The notes beneath the pieces were generated by a model. It ran no database searches. It worked only from the letters and a program-made list of their open reading frames with translations, and was not told where the DNA came from. A stretch of 64,000 nt of DNA, taken from the NCBI GenBank assembly GCA_966250335.1, contig CBINGZ010000009.1:54120-118119 (forward strand). Reading direction: 5' to 3'. The position numbers were made by a program, and so were the translations under genes. Each line of letters begins with the position of its first letter. Position 1 is the stretch's first letter. Below, piece after piece: positions 17,724 through 26,699 of the stretch. This stretch comes from an uncultured bacterium. Its GTDB lineage: Bacteria > Bacteroidota > Ignavibacteria > OLB7.

Positions 17724-18479
17724 TCAGATAAGAACCACCTTCCGGGCCCGCTGCTGCAGGTTCAATCCCTCGTTGTCTCCCCACGCCGTCTCGTAGTTCT
17801 GCGAGAACCCGAGCACGCCGTATCTGCTGACCGTCTCGGTCACGGCCTCCTCGTCCAGATCCTCGAAATCCTCCACCGTCTCCGAGAACCTCGGGTGTTC
17901 GTCGTACTTGACGGGATTGACCACGGAGAAGACCTGGGGGGTGTCGAGCGGGGTATTCTCGCTGTCGCCGTAGAGGTCCTCGCGGTGGACGAAGACCTCG
18001 CCGTTCCTGAACATCGCTCTGCGAGCCAGAACGAACCGTCCCTCGTCCTCGACGTGGAACGAGACGTTCGGCGCCAGCACCGAGCATTTCAGCAGGAACT
18101 CGCAGAGGAGGTAGGCGTTGAACTCGTTGTCGGCCACATGGGTGATCCCGCTGGCGATCGAGTCGTCGCGGACCCCTCCCCAGCGGACCGTGAAGAGTCC
18201 TTCCTCCTCCATCGCCCTGATGGCGGCGATCTCATCCTGCAGCTCGATCTTCTTGGCGAGGAGTCGTTTCCGGAAATGGTAGCGTGCCGTGTGGTACGGC
18301 ATCTCCGGGATCTTGTCGTAGTTCGGGAAGAGAATGTATCGTTTCAGTCCGATCTTGTCGCAGCTCCAGATGAACTCGGAGTTGTACCAGTGCTGCATCT
18401 TCACGATCTCCGTCCAGATCTGAGTTGTTACGTCGCTCTCCCCGGTGTCCGGGATATAGTATCGAAGCGCTCGTGGCAT
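17724..18479 (-). CDS. Hypothetical protein (no recognisable family)
   Basis: 251-aa ORF with balanced, protein-like composition (MPRALRYYIPDTGESDVTTQIWTEIVKMQHWYNSEFIWSCDKIGLKRYILFPNYDK...). The opposite-strand ORF is Arg/Gly/Pro junk. Visibly less GC-rich than its neighbours. Confidence 0.6.
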   Translation of the reverse strand: MPRALRYYIPDTGESDVTTQIWTEIVKMQHWYNSEFIWSCDKIGLKRYILFPNYDKIPEMPYHTARYHFRKRLLAKKIELQDEIAAIRAMEEEGLFTVRWGGVRDDSIASGITHVADNEFNAYLLCEFLLKCSVLAPNVSFHVEDEGRFVLARRAMFRNGEVFVHREDLYGDSENTPLDTPQVFSVVNPVKYDEHPRFSETVEDFEDLDEEAVTETVSRYGVLGFSQNYETAWGDNEGLNLQQRARKVVLI

Positions 18480-18541
18480 CTGACGACATCATCAATAATT
18501 GTGAGACGGCGCAGCGGTTGTTCCCTCAACGCCGATGCGGA

Positions 18542-19174
18542 TCAATATCCCAGTTCCCGCATCCGTTCCGGTGTGAGTCCCGCGGCGGGCGGGCTCACGA
18601 AATTCCGGATATACTTCCCGATCATATCGAACTCCAGGTTGACCCGGTCTCCCCGGGCGATCCGCTTGAACATCGTAACCTGATACGTATGCGGTATGAT
18701 CGAGACCATGCAGCGGTTCTCCCGTACGTCGGCGGCCGTCAGCGACACCCCATCTATCGCAATGGAGCCGACCGGAATCACGAGCGGGGCGAACCTGTCG
18801 GGATATTCCACCCAGTAGACGTGGGAACTCTCCCGTTCGTACATTTCGACCACGGTTCCGACGCAGTCCACATGTCCCTGTACGAAATGTCCCCCCAGCC
18901 TCTCCCCCACGCGCAGGGCCCGTTCCAGATTAACGCTCATTCCGGCGGCGAACGTTCCGAGCGTGGTTTTCGCCAGCGTCTCCTCCACGGCCACGACGGT
19001 GAACGCCCCGTCGCGGCGTTCCACCACGGTCTGGCAGCAGCCGTTGAGCGCCACCGAGTCGTCGATCTTCAATCCCTCCATGACGATCCCCGCCGCCACC
19101 GTGATCCGGAGCGCGCCGCCGTCGCGGCGAACCTCCTCGATCCTCCCCGTCTCCTCGACCAGACCAGTAAACAT
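18542..19174 (-). CDS. ribE: Riboflavin synthase alpha chain
   Basis: MFTGLVEETGRIEEV...GDSVALNGCCQTV... with a second lumazine-binding repeat GGHFVQGHVDCVGTV...GSIAIDGVSLTA: the canonical duplicated domain. Confidence 0.92.
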   Translation of the reverse strand: MFTGLVEETGRIEEVRRDGGALRITVAAGIVMEGLKIDDSVALNGCCQTVVERRDGAFTVVAVEETLAKTTLGTFAAGMSVNLERALRVGERLGGHFVQGHVDCVGTVVEMYERESSHVYWVEYPDRFAPLVIPVGSIAIDGVSLTAADVRENRCMVSIIPHTYQVTMFKRIARGDRVNLEFDMIGKYIRNFVSPPAAGLTPERMRELGY

Positions 19175-19236
19175 TGCGATCCTTTTGGATAAGCGCCCCG
19201 GCCGCCTCTTCGCGATCGGGGCGCGGGTGTACGGGG

Positions 19237-19500
19237 TCAGTGGGAGTGGAGGCTGACCTCCTCCTCGATGATCTCCCGGATTGCCGGTTTGACGTAGACC
19301 GATTCGAGCCCGGCCTTGTGCAGAGCGCGGGCTATCACGCTCAGGCGGCGGCCCATGTCGTGCCGCCGGTTCACCAGAATCACTCTCTTCTCCTTCACCA
19401 CGCAGAGTCCCCCTTCAAAATCACCGAGTTCCAGACGCACCGCCAGTCCGAGCTGATCGGCGACCGCCTTCAGCTCTTCATACATCTCTTGTTGAGTCAT
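19237..19500 (-). CDS. Small hypothetical protein (87 aa)
   Basis: MTQQEMYEELKAVADQLGLAVRLELGDFEGGLCVVKEKRVILVNRRHDMGRRLSVIARALHKAGLESVYVKPAIREIIEEEVSLHSH. Protein-like composition with an ATG at 19500. The upstream part of the track ORF overlaps the methyltransferase gene and is rejected. Confidence 0.5.
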   Translation of the reverse strand: MTQQEMYEELKAVADQLGLAVRLELGDFEGGLCVVKEKRVILVNRRHDMGRRLSVIARALHKAGLESVYVKPAIREIIEEEVSLHSH

Positions 19501-19591
19501 GCGATAAAGGTACGACAAGTGGAAGCGCCCGTGCCGGGGCGAATCCACTACAGTTTGCAAAAACGAAGCAGGCCCGGGCGGCCCCCCGCGA

Positions 19592-20248
19592 TCAGCCGCG
19601 TTCCACCACCCCGATGCACATCCCGTCCCCCACGGGAACGATGCTCGACCTGATGGAGGGGTGATCCGCCATCGCCCTGTTGAACGCCTGCATGCCGCGC
19701 ACATCCAGGTCGTCGGTCCCGGCGTCGGCGATTCTTCCCCAGGCGAGCGCGTTGTCGCCGGCGATCATCCCGCCGTTCCGGACAAGAGGGAGCGCGAGTT
19801 CCAGATAGCGGACGTAGGCAGGTTTGTCGGCGTCGATGAAGACAAAGTCGAACGGTTCGGCGCCGGCGAGATCCCGTTCCAGCACGTCGATCCCGGAGCC
19901 GGTGCGGACCTCGATCACTTCTTCCAGTCCCGCTCTGCGCGCCCAGAGCCGCGCGAACTCGGCGCGGAACGGATCGCGCTCGACGGTGACGAGCCTGCCG
20001 CCGGGGGGGAGGACACGCGCCATGATGATCGCCGAATAGCCGCCGAGCGTGCCGATCTCCAGCACGCGGCGGGCGGCGATCCCCTTCAGCAGGACCTGCA
20101 TGAACGCTCCCTGCTCCGGGCTGATCTGGATCTCCGGGATCTCCGCCTCGATCGCGGCGCGGCGCAGATCGCGCAGCAGGTCGTCCTCGGCCGGGAAGAG
20201 ATCGATCATATAGTCGACGATCGGGTCGGTCAGGGGTGTACCTTTCAT
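19592..20248 (-). CDS. Class I SAM-dependent O-methyltransferase (family 3, caffeoyl-CoA OMT-like)
   Basis: ISPEQGAFMQVLLKGIAARRVLEIGTLGGYSAIIMA (SAM motif I), FDFVFIDADKPAYVRYLE and LVRNGGMIAGDNALAWG are typical Methyltransf_3 blocks. Confidence 0.85.
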   Translation of the reverse strand: MKGTPLTDPIVDYMIDLFPAEDDLLRDLRRAAIEAEIPEIQISPEQGAFMQVLLKGIAARRVLEIGTLGGYSAIIMARVLPPGGRLVTVERDPFRAEFARLWARRAGLEEVIEVRTGSGIDVLERDLAGAEPFDFVFIDADKPAYVRYLELALPLVRNGGMIAGDNALAWGRIADAGTDDLDVRGMQAFNRAMADHPSIRSSIVPVGDGMCIGVVERG

Positions 20249-20515
20249 CTGAATGCTCCGGTATCTGTTTGGGGTCGGCGGCGCCGACGAAACGGGAAAC
20301 CGCAAAGATAGCGCGTGGAGGTCGATCGCACATCCTCCGCCGGTCCGGTAACGGAGAGCGCTCTATTGTGTGAAAACGTAGCGCGCGAGGACCGCTGCGG
20401 AGGCACTAAACTGTCCGGAGGGCTGTTGTGTCTCAGGGTCCGATTATGCCGATAATCTCTATTTTCCTCCGTTTCAATCGGAGGAATATCTTAACGAACT
20501 TCAATTGGAATCGAC

Positions 20516-22312
20516 GTGTCCGACACAATTCCACGACCCGGAGACCTGCGACCGACACGGCGTGTTGGCAACTACGAACTGCGCGAGGAGATCGGCGCCG
20601 GCGGCATGAGCCGTGTCTATCGTGCCGTGAAAACGGGGAGCGATACGAGCTATGCCGTCAAGGTGATCCGGATCGAGGATATGGCGTCCGATTACGAGCG
20701 GCGGCTGCGGCGCGAGCCGGAGGTGCAGCGGGGGATCGGGCATAGGAATATCGTGGAGCTGATGGACTGGTTCCGTGAGCACGACGAGTTCTATCTGGTG
20801 ATGGAGTTCGTCGACGGCCGTTCCCTCTCCTCCATCATCTATCGTGAATCGGGCCCCATGCCGTTCGCCCGCGCGCGGGAGTATATGCGGCAGACGCTGG
20901 CGGCCGTGGAGCATCTTCATACGCTCGGGATCATCCATCGCGACATCAAACCTTCCAACATCCTCGTGGCCCGCGACGGCACCGTGAAGCTGGCCGACTT
21001 CGGCATCGCCAAGTTCGCCTGGCAGCAGGGGGAGACGAAGACGCAGAAGGGGCTCGGCACGCCGGAGTATATGTCGCCGGAGCAGGCGCGGGGGAAGGAG
21101 ATCGATTCGCGTACCGATATTTATTCGCTGGGGATCACCCTCTTCGAGATGCTCACGGCGCGTAAGCCCTTCTCCCGGCAGGAGCAGACGCCGATGGCCT
21201 ATGTGGAGGTGATCCAGAGCGTTCTTACCGAGCCGCTCCCCGATCCGCGGGCGTTCCAGCCGGGGCTTCCCGCGTCGGTCGTCGAACTGCTGACGAAGGC
21301 GACGGCGAAGAACCCGAGCGAACGGTATCAGACCGCCGCGGAGCTGCTGGCGGCGCTCGATGCCGTCGATGAGAACGAGATGTCGCCGCCGACCGTGGTC
21401 GGGGCCTCGGTTCCGGTCGGAGGTCGAAGGGAGAATCGTGTCGACTCCTCCGCTGCTTCCCCGAGACTGGGACAGGATGAGGAGGAGAAAAAGGTGAGCA
21501 GCGCCCCGATCTGGATCATGCTCGCCCTGGTGATCCTGGGGATCGGCGGATACTTCGGATACCGATGGTATCAGGAGAACCGCGGCGTGCAGGTCACCGC
21601 GACGCTGAACGATGGGAGCGCGATGGAGGTTACCAGAAGCGTCGTGGCGGACTACACCCGGTTTGCCCGTCAGCATATCGTGCCGGGACTTGCCTCGCTC
21701 TACGGCGAACGGAACGTGGAGTACTTCAGGTTCAAGAAGGCGACACGGAAGATGATCGAGGACGACTCGCGGAAGTTCTACAACGAGATCGAGAGAACCG
21801 ACAGAATGGATGTGGAGATCAAGAGCGCCCGCGCGCTGAACGACTCCACGATCCAGTCGGAATGGTGGATCGGTTACGACAGATTGAAGGATGACGGCAC
21901 GCGGCTGCGCGGCCTGACCTCCAACCTGATCACCCTCTCCCGACAGGGGGAGGGGGGAGAGTGGCTCATCACCCGTCAGGTCCAGAAATGGATCAACAGG
22001 GAGAACACCCCGCCCCCCGCCGCCGACACGGCGTCGGACATCGCCCCGGTCCCGTCGACTTCGGAGACTCCCCAGGAGACGCCGAGCGATCAGGTGCCGG
22101 AGCCGACCGTCAAGGATGTCAACCCGCCGCCGGCCGACACGGCAAGGGTCCGCGAGCCGCAGCGCGACGGAGGGTCGATCTTCAACAGGAACCCGCCGGA
22201 GTCGCGCGTGCGCCGCAGAAACCCGGACGGCAACGGCAACGGGAATGTCTTCTCTCCCGCCAGACAGAAGGTCGACGCCAAGAAGGAACGAGTCAACAAG
22301 AACAAGGACTGA
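20516..22312 (+). CDS. Hanks-type Ser/Thr protein kinase, single-pass membrane, non-PASTA extracytoplasmic domain
   Basis: GAGGMSRVYRAV (G-loop), YAVKVI (Lys), HRDIKPSNILV (catalytic loop), DFGIAK, GTPEYMSPEQ. TM segment IWIMLALVILGIGGYFGY. The C-terminal ~150-aa domain has no PASTA-like repeats and is followed by a Pro/Thr/Asp/basic tail. GTG start. Confidence 0.92.
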   Translation: MSDTIPRPGDLRPTRRVGNYELREEIGAGGMSRVYRAVKTGSDTSYAVKVIRIEDMASDYERRLRREPEVQRGIGHRNIVELMDWFREHDEFYLVMEFVDGRSLSSIIYRESGPMPFARAREYMRQTLAAVEHLHTLGIIHRDIKPSNILVARDGTVKLADFGIAKFAWQQGETKTQKGLGTPEYMSPEQARGKEIDSRTDIYSLGITLFEMLTARKPFSRQEQTPMAYVEVIQSVLTEPLPDPRAFQPGLPASVVELLTKATAKNPSERYQTAAELLAALDAVDENEMSPPTVVGASVPVGGRRENRVDSSAASPRLGQDEEEKKVSSAPIWIMLALVILGIGGYFGYRWYQENRGVQVTATLNDGSAMEVTRSVVADYTRFARQHIVPGLASLYGERNVEYFRFKKATRKMIEDDSRKFYNEIERTDRMDVEIKSARALNDSTIQSEWWIGYDRLKDDGTRLRGLTSNLITLSRQGEGGEWLITRQVQKWINRENTPPPAADTASDIAPVPSTSETPQETPSDQVPEPTVKDVNPPPADTARVREPQRDGGSIFNRNPPESRVRRRNPDGNGNGNVFSPARQKVDAKKERVNKNKD

Positions 22313-22315
22313 CCG

Positions 22316-23521
22316 GTGTCACAGAACGAGAATCTCTCCGCGAACGAGTCGGGAGCATATCGCATCGGGACCAAGACCGACATCGGACTGCGCCGTGTGC
22401 GGAACGAGGATTTTCTCGGAATCGACCATACCCGGCACGGCCTGCTCCTGGTGGTCTGCGACGGCATGGGGGGACATCAGGGGGGGGAACGCGCAAGCCG
22501 CCTCGCTGTTGAAGTCTTCACGCAGAGCGTACACGACGGGGAGGGAGCGGATGAGAGCTCCGCGACCTCGATCCTTACGCTCGCTGCCGGCCGGGCCAAC
22601 CGCGCCGTCTACGAGGAGTCGGTCGCTCATCCCGAATTCCGGGGGATGGGAACCACGCTCGTTGCGGCGCTCGTCGTCGGGGGAGAGTGCACGCTCCTCA
22701 ACATCGGCGACAGCCGCGCCTATCTGATGCGCGATGACGGGCTCCGCCGGATCACGAACGATCACTCCCACGTCGGCGAACTGGTGGCGAGGGGAGAGCT
22801 GACCGAAGAGGAGGCGATGATCCACCCGCAGCGGAATCTCATCACCAGAGCTCTCGGCGTCGGTTCGGCGGTGCGTCCCGATCTGTTCGATCTCGATCTC
22901 AGGAAGGGAGACAGACTCCTGCTGGCGACCGACGGGCTGCACGGGCTCATGTCGGACGAGGTGATCCGATCGATCCTCGCCCGCACCTCGAACCCGGAGC
23001 ACTCCTGCGATGCCCTCGTGGAGGAGGCGCTGGCGCGCGGAGGCGTCGACAACGTGACGGTGGCGCTGCTCGCCGTGGCGGGGAACGACCAGGCGTTCGG
23101 CGGCGGGCCGGTCACCGATCCCGACACGATCCCGGGTCCGGCACGGAGAGGCTGGAACTTCCTCTATCTCTTTCTGATAATGACCGCCGTCGCGGGACTC
23201 GTCTGGCTTGTGGCCGGCAACGTCCCGGGCGGCTCCGATGAACGGACCCTCTCCGATTCGCTGCGGGAGGGGGGAGAGCTTCAGCGGTACGAGCGGCTCG
23301 GGTTCGACTCGGCGGCGCCGCAGCTCACCCCCGGCGATCAGGCGGTCGATTCCGCTCCACGGCTCGGGCCGGGAGGGGATTCCGCCGGATCGGGGAGCGA
23401 CACGACCGACAGCATCACGCTGGAGTCTCCGAGCCGGGTCGGCAACCCGCCGGACGGAAGCGGTGTCCGCTCACAAAGCGGGCGCTCGGGCTCCGGAAGT
23501 TCCGAGACAGGGGAGCGGTGA
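22316..23521 (+). CDS. PP2C-family Ser/Thr phosphatase with C-terminal membrane anchor
   Basis: LLLVVCDGMGGHQGGERAS, NIGDSRAYL, LLLATDGLHG and RGGVDNVTV are PP2C metal-binding motifs. TM FLYLFLIMTAVAGLVWLVAG. Starts 4 nt after the kinase stop. Confidence 0.9.
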   Translation: MSQNENLSANESGAYRIGTKTDIGLRRVRNEDFLGIDHTRHGLLLVVCDGMGGHQGGERASRLAVEVFTQSVHDGEGADESSATSILTLAAGRANRAVYEESVAHPEFRGMGTTLVAALVVGGECTLLNIGDSRAYLMRDDGLRRITNDHSHVGELVARGELTEEEAMIHPQRNLITRALGVGSAVRPDLFDLDLRKGDRLLLATDGLHGLMSDEVIRSILARTSNPEHSCDALVEEALARGGVDNVTVALLAVAGNDQAFGGGPVTDPDTIPGPARRGWNFLYLFLIMTAVAGLVWLVAGNVPGGSDERTLSDSLREGGELQRYERLGFDSAAPQLTPGDQAVDSAPRLGPGGDSAGSGSDTTDSITLESPSRVGNPPDGSGVRSQSGRSGSGSSETGER

Positions 23522-23577
23522 GAAGGAGATCGCTGTACGATTGATTTTTTCTTAGGACGAACACGATATATCAGACC

Positions 23578-24402
23578 ATGGCAAAATCGGGATTCCGCAC
23601 TCTTATCGACCGCATCTTTCCGACCGAGGATTCGCAGCAGGGGACCAGCGAGTTCGTGACCCGCGGACTGGAGGCGCTCCGGATGGTGCGCGACGAGCAT
23701 GCGTTCGGCATGGGGGAGGTCCGGCGCGTCCCCTCGCATCTGGAGCTTCGCGTCTCCGGCGAACGCTACGACGAACTGGTCCGGATGCAGGCGATGCGCG
23801 ACCTGGAGTATTTCTTTACCGATGAGCTGATGAAGGATCTGGCGGCCGAGGGGATGAGAACCTTCGGCGATCATGCGATCCGTGTCGCCATCGGCTCCGA
23901 CGAACAGCTCGGTCCGGCCGAGCTCTACGCGGCGGTGGTCACGCCGGAGAAGAGCGCTCCCTCGTCGAAGGGGGGGAGCGCGGCGCCCCCCCCCGTCTCC
24001 GATTCCACCCGCGTTCTCGACGCCGAGGAGTCTCCCACGGCGGTCATGGCTCCGCCGGAGCAGACCCTTGCCCCCGACCGCTACAACCTTGTCGTGACCG
24101 GCCCGAACGGGTTTCGCGGAGAGGAGGTCCTCTCCGGCGACAGATGGATCGTGGGACGCCGGGGGGGGAGCGGACGTCCGATCCCGGTCGGCTACCGGAA
24201 GCTCGATCTGAATCTGCGCGAGACGATCTCCCGCGAGCAGGCCAGGGTCGATCTCTCCGGCGGGCGGATCACCGTGCAGCGGATCGGCAAGGCGCCGATG
24301 TCGATATCGAAACGCGATACGCTCGGCGAGGGGGAGAGCCGTACGCTCGAGATGGGAACCCCTTTCTACATCGACGACTATGAGATCACGATCACGAGCT
24401 GA
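23578..24402 (+). CDS. FhaA-like protein (DUF3662-like N-domain + C-terminal FHA domain)
   Basis: The N-terminal ~120 aa resembles the FhaA N-domain (RVPSHLELRVSGERYDEL...). C-terminal FHA core WIVGRRGG...ISREQARVDLSGGRITVQRIGKAPMSI...PFYIDDYEITI. Confidence 0.75.
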   Translation: MAKSGFRTLIDRIFPTEDSQQGTSEFVTRGLEALRMVRDEHAFGMGEVRRVPSHLELRVSGERYDELVRMQAMRDLEYFFTDELMKDLAAEGMRTFGDHAIRVAIGSDEQLGPAELYAAVVTPEKSAPSSKGGSAAPPPVSDSTRVLDAEESPTAVMAPPEQTLAPDRYNLVVTGPNGFRGEEVLSGDRWIVGRRGGSGRPIPVGYRKLDLNLRETISREQARVDLSGGRITVQRIGKAPMSISKRDTLGEGESRTLEMGTPFYIDDYEITITS

Positions 24403-24414
24403 CGGAGCCGGTTC

Positions 24415-25044
24415 ATGGCGTTGACCACACTTTTCGGCACCGTCCAGCTTACTCTGCAGCAGGCGATCGGCAACGGCCTCACGATGCGGGGAGGGATCCC
24501 CCAGGCGCCGAACTTCGCGGTCGTCTCCGTCAGGCGCGACCGTTTCGTGGCCGAACATCGGGGGCCGTTCGCCGAGGAGGCGTCGCGCTTCCGGCGCGAG
24601 CTGCATCAGCGGGCGGTGGAGTATGTGGAGGCGAGCGGATGGCGCTTCGCCGGGTTCGGGTCGTTCGTGATGAATTTTCTGATCCGCACCATTCCGCAGG
24701 ACTGCCTTGTGCAGGTCCGCCCGGCCGAATCGCTCTACGATCTTTCGATCGTCGACGGAAAGGGGGAACGGCAGGTCGCGGTGAAGAACACGGTGATCGT
24801 GGTAGGACGCGATCACCCGGAGCGGCCCGGGGCGTTCATCTCTCTGGACGACCCTGAACGTGTCGTATCGCGACGTCATCTTTCACTCGAGTTCGCCGAC
24901 CTTACCCTCAAGGGAAAACTGCTCGGGAGGAACCCCACGACCGTGAACGCGGTTCCGATCACGGAGCCGGAGTTCATGCTGAACAACGGCGATCTGATAC
25001 GGTGCGGCGGCTGCGGGATCAGGGTCGTCCGGATCGGTGTCTGA
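24415..25044 (+). CDS. FHA domain protein
   Basis: C-terminal VIVVGRDHPERPGAFISLDDPERVVSRRHLSLEFADLTLKGKLLGRNPTTVNAVPI...LNNGDLIRCGGCGI fits the FHA pattern (G-R...S-x-x-H...N-G). Confidence 0.75.
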   Translation: MALTTLFGTVQLTLQQAIGNGLTMRGGIPQAPNFAVVSVRRDRFVAEHRGPFAEEASRFRRELHQRAVEYVEASGWRFAGFGSFVMNFLIRTIPQDCLVQVRPAESLYDLSIVDGKGERQVAVKNTVIVVGRDHPERPGAFISLDDPERVVSRRHLSLEFADLTLKGKLLGRNPTTVNAVPITEPEFMLNNGDLIRCGGCGIRVVRIGV

Positions 25045-26665
25045 CGTACAACGGGTAATCCGCATGACATTTCTCTCGACCATCGTCCTGGCTCTCTTCG
25101 CGCTCCTCATGGTCGTCATCCTGATTCAGAACGGCGGCTTCATCGACAGCATCCGGAGGCTGGAACGGATCGGCCCGAAACTGATCGCGGCGATACTGAC
25201 CGTGGGTGTGCTCGGGGCGCTTTATTATCGTGGGACGATCTACATGAACCCCGAGCGGGAAGGGTGGGTCGTCACCGGACCGACGCCGGCGGACTCCGTC
25301 TCGTCCGGGTTCGACACCAAGTCCCGGTTCAGAAGCATGGCGCAGCCGCTCGGTCGCGTCTTCGACAGAACGGGGAAGCAGCTTGCAGGGTATGGGATGA
25401 TCGACGGGCATCTGCGCCGTACCTATCCGGCGGGGGAGGCGACGGCGCATCTTGTCGGATACTGGACCGGCCCCCTGCGCGACGGCGTCGGCATCGAGAA
25501 GGGGCTGACCCTGCTGAACGATTCCCTGAAGGATGACCGTCCCCACGACGTCAATCTCACGATCGATCTGCGGCTGCAGCGGGACGCCGTGGCCGCTCTG
25601 GGACGGAAGATCGGGGCGATCGTCGTGATGGACCCGTCGAACGGAGAGATCCTCACCGCCGCCAACTACCCCAACTACGATCCGAACCGCATCTGGAACG
25701 ATACTGCCTGGCGGCGCTACGTCCTCGATCTCAAACTCCGTCCCCTTACCTCGCGCGCCATCAAGGACAACTTCTCCCCCGGCTCCTCGGTGAAGCCGTG
25801 GGTGGCGCTCACGGCGCACGATCTGGGGACCGAACTGCCGGAGGAGCAAGGGTTCGTCTGCAACGGGTCGTATAGCCCTTCCTCCAGAATCAAGCCGATC
25901 GGCGATCACGGCAGCTCGCACGGGCGGCTCGACATCGCCCGTGCCATGCGCGTCTCCTGCAACGTCTACTTCTCCTATCTCGCCTACAAGCTCGTCACGT
26001 TCGACGCGATGGCGCGATACCTTGACTCGCTCGGCTTCAACGAACGGTTGAGATGGAACACCGGGATCTTCCTCAACGAGTATTCCACGCTTCTGCCGGC
26101 CGTGAGCTGGACACGGGCGCGGGATGAGATCGCCAAGACAAGGGTCGGCATCGGGCAGGCCTCGATCAAGACAAACCCGCTCCATGTGGCGGCGCTCCTT
26201 GCCGGTATCGCGAACGGCGGCGTCTTCATGCGTCCGACACTGGAACGGGGGAGGGAGGCGGACACGCTCCCCTGGAGGATCTCCCCCTCCGCGGCGCAGT
26301 GGCTCGAGGGTCTGCTCCGCGAGCCGCTTCTCCCCGGAGGGACCGGCGCGGGGGCGTTCGCCGGGTTCGACCAGAAGGGGTTCACCGTCTACGGCAAGAC
26401 CGGCACCGCCGACATGGAGCCGGACGGCCGCGAACCGTCGTGGTGGATATCGTACGCTGAAAAGAACGGAAAGCGATATGTCGTGATCGTCGCGATCCAG
26501 AACCGTGAGGGGAAGTATGCGGGAGAGGTGAACGCCCCGATGGCGCGCAGGCTCTACGAGTCGCTGGACGCCTACGGCTATTTCACACCGGCTCCCGCGG
26601 CTCGGCCCGCCGATTCCACCGGGGCCGGATCGAGCGGCGTCCCGGAAGGGATACGACGGAAGTAG
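25037..26665 (+). CDS. Class B penicillin-binding protein (PbpA/PBP2-like transpeptidase)
   Basis: N-terminal TM, then SPGSSVKPW (SxxK), RVSCNVYF (SxN) and YGKTGTA (KTG). The start may be 25037 or ATG 25064. Confidence 0.88.
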   Translation: MSDVQRVIRMTFLSTIVLALFALLMVVILIQNGGFIDSIRRLERIGPKLIAAILTVGVLGALYYRGTIYMNPEREGWVVTGPTPADSVSSGFDTKSRFRSMAQPLGRVFDRTGKQLAGYGMIDGHLRRTYPAGEATAHLVGYWTGPLRDGVGIEKGLTLLNDSLKDDRPHDVNLTIDLRLQRDAVAALGRKIGAIVVMDPSNGEILTAANYPNYDPNRIWNDTAWRRYVLDLKLRPLTSRAIKDNFSPGSSVKPWVALTAHDLGTELPEEQGFVCNGSYSPSSRIKPIGDHGSSHGRLDIARAMRVSCNVYFSYLAYKLVTFDAMARYLDSLGFNERLRWNTGIFLNEYSTLLPAVSWTRARDEIAKTRVGIGQASIKTNPLHVAALLAGIANGGVFMRPTLERGREADTLPWRISPSAAQWLEGLLREPLLPGGTGAGAFAGFDQKGFTVYGKTGTADMEPDGREPSWWISYAEKNGKRYVVIVAIQNREGKYAGEVNAPMARRLYESLDAYGYFTPAPAARPADSTGAGSSGVPEGIRRK

Positions 26666-26699
26666 TGAACGGAAGGATCACAAGGAACAATCAATCCGC

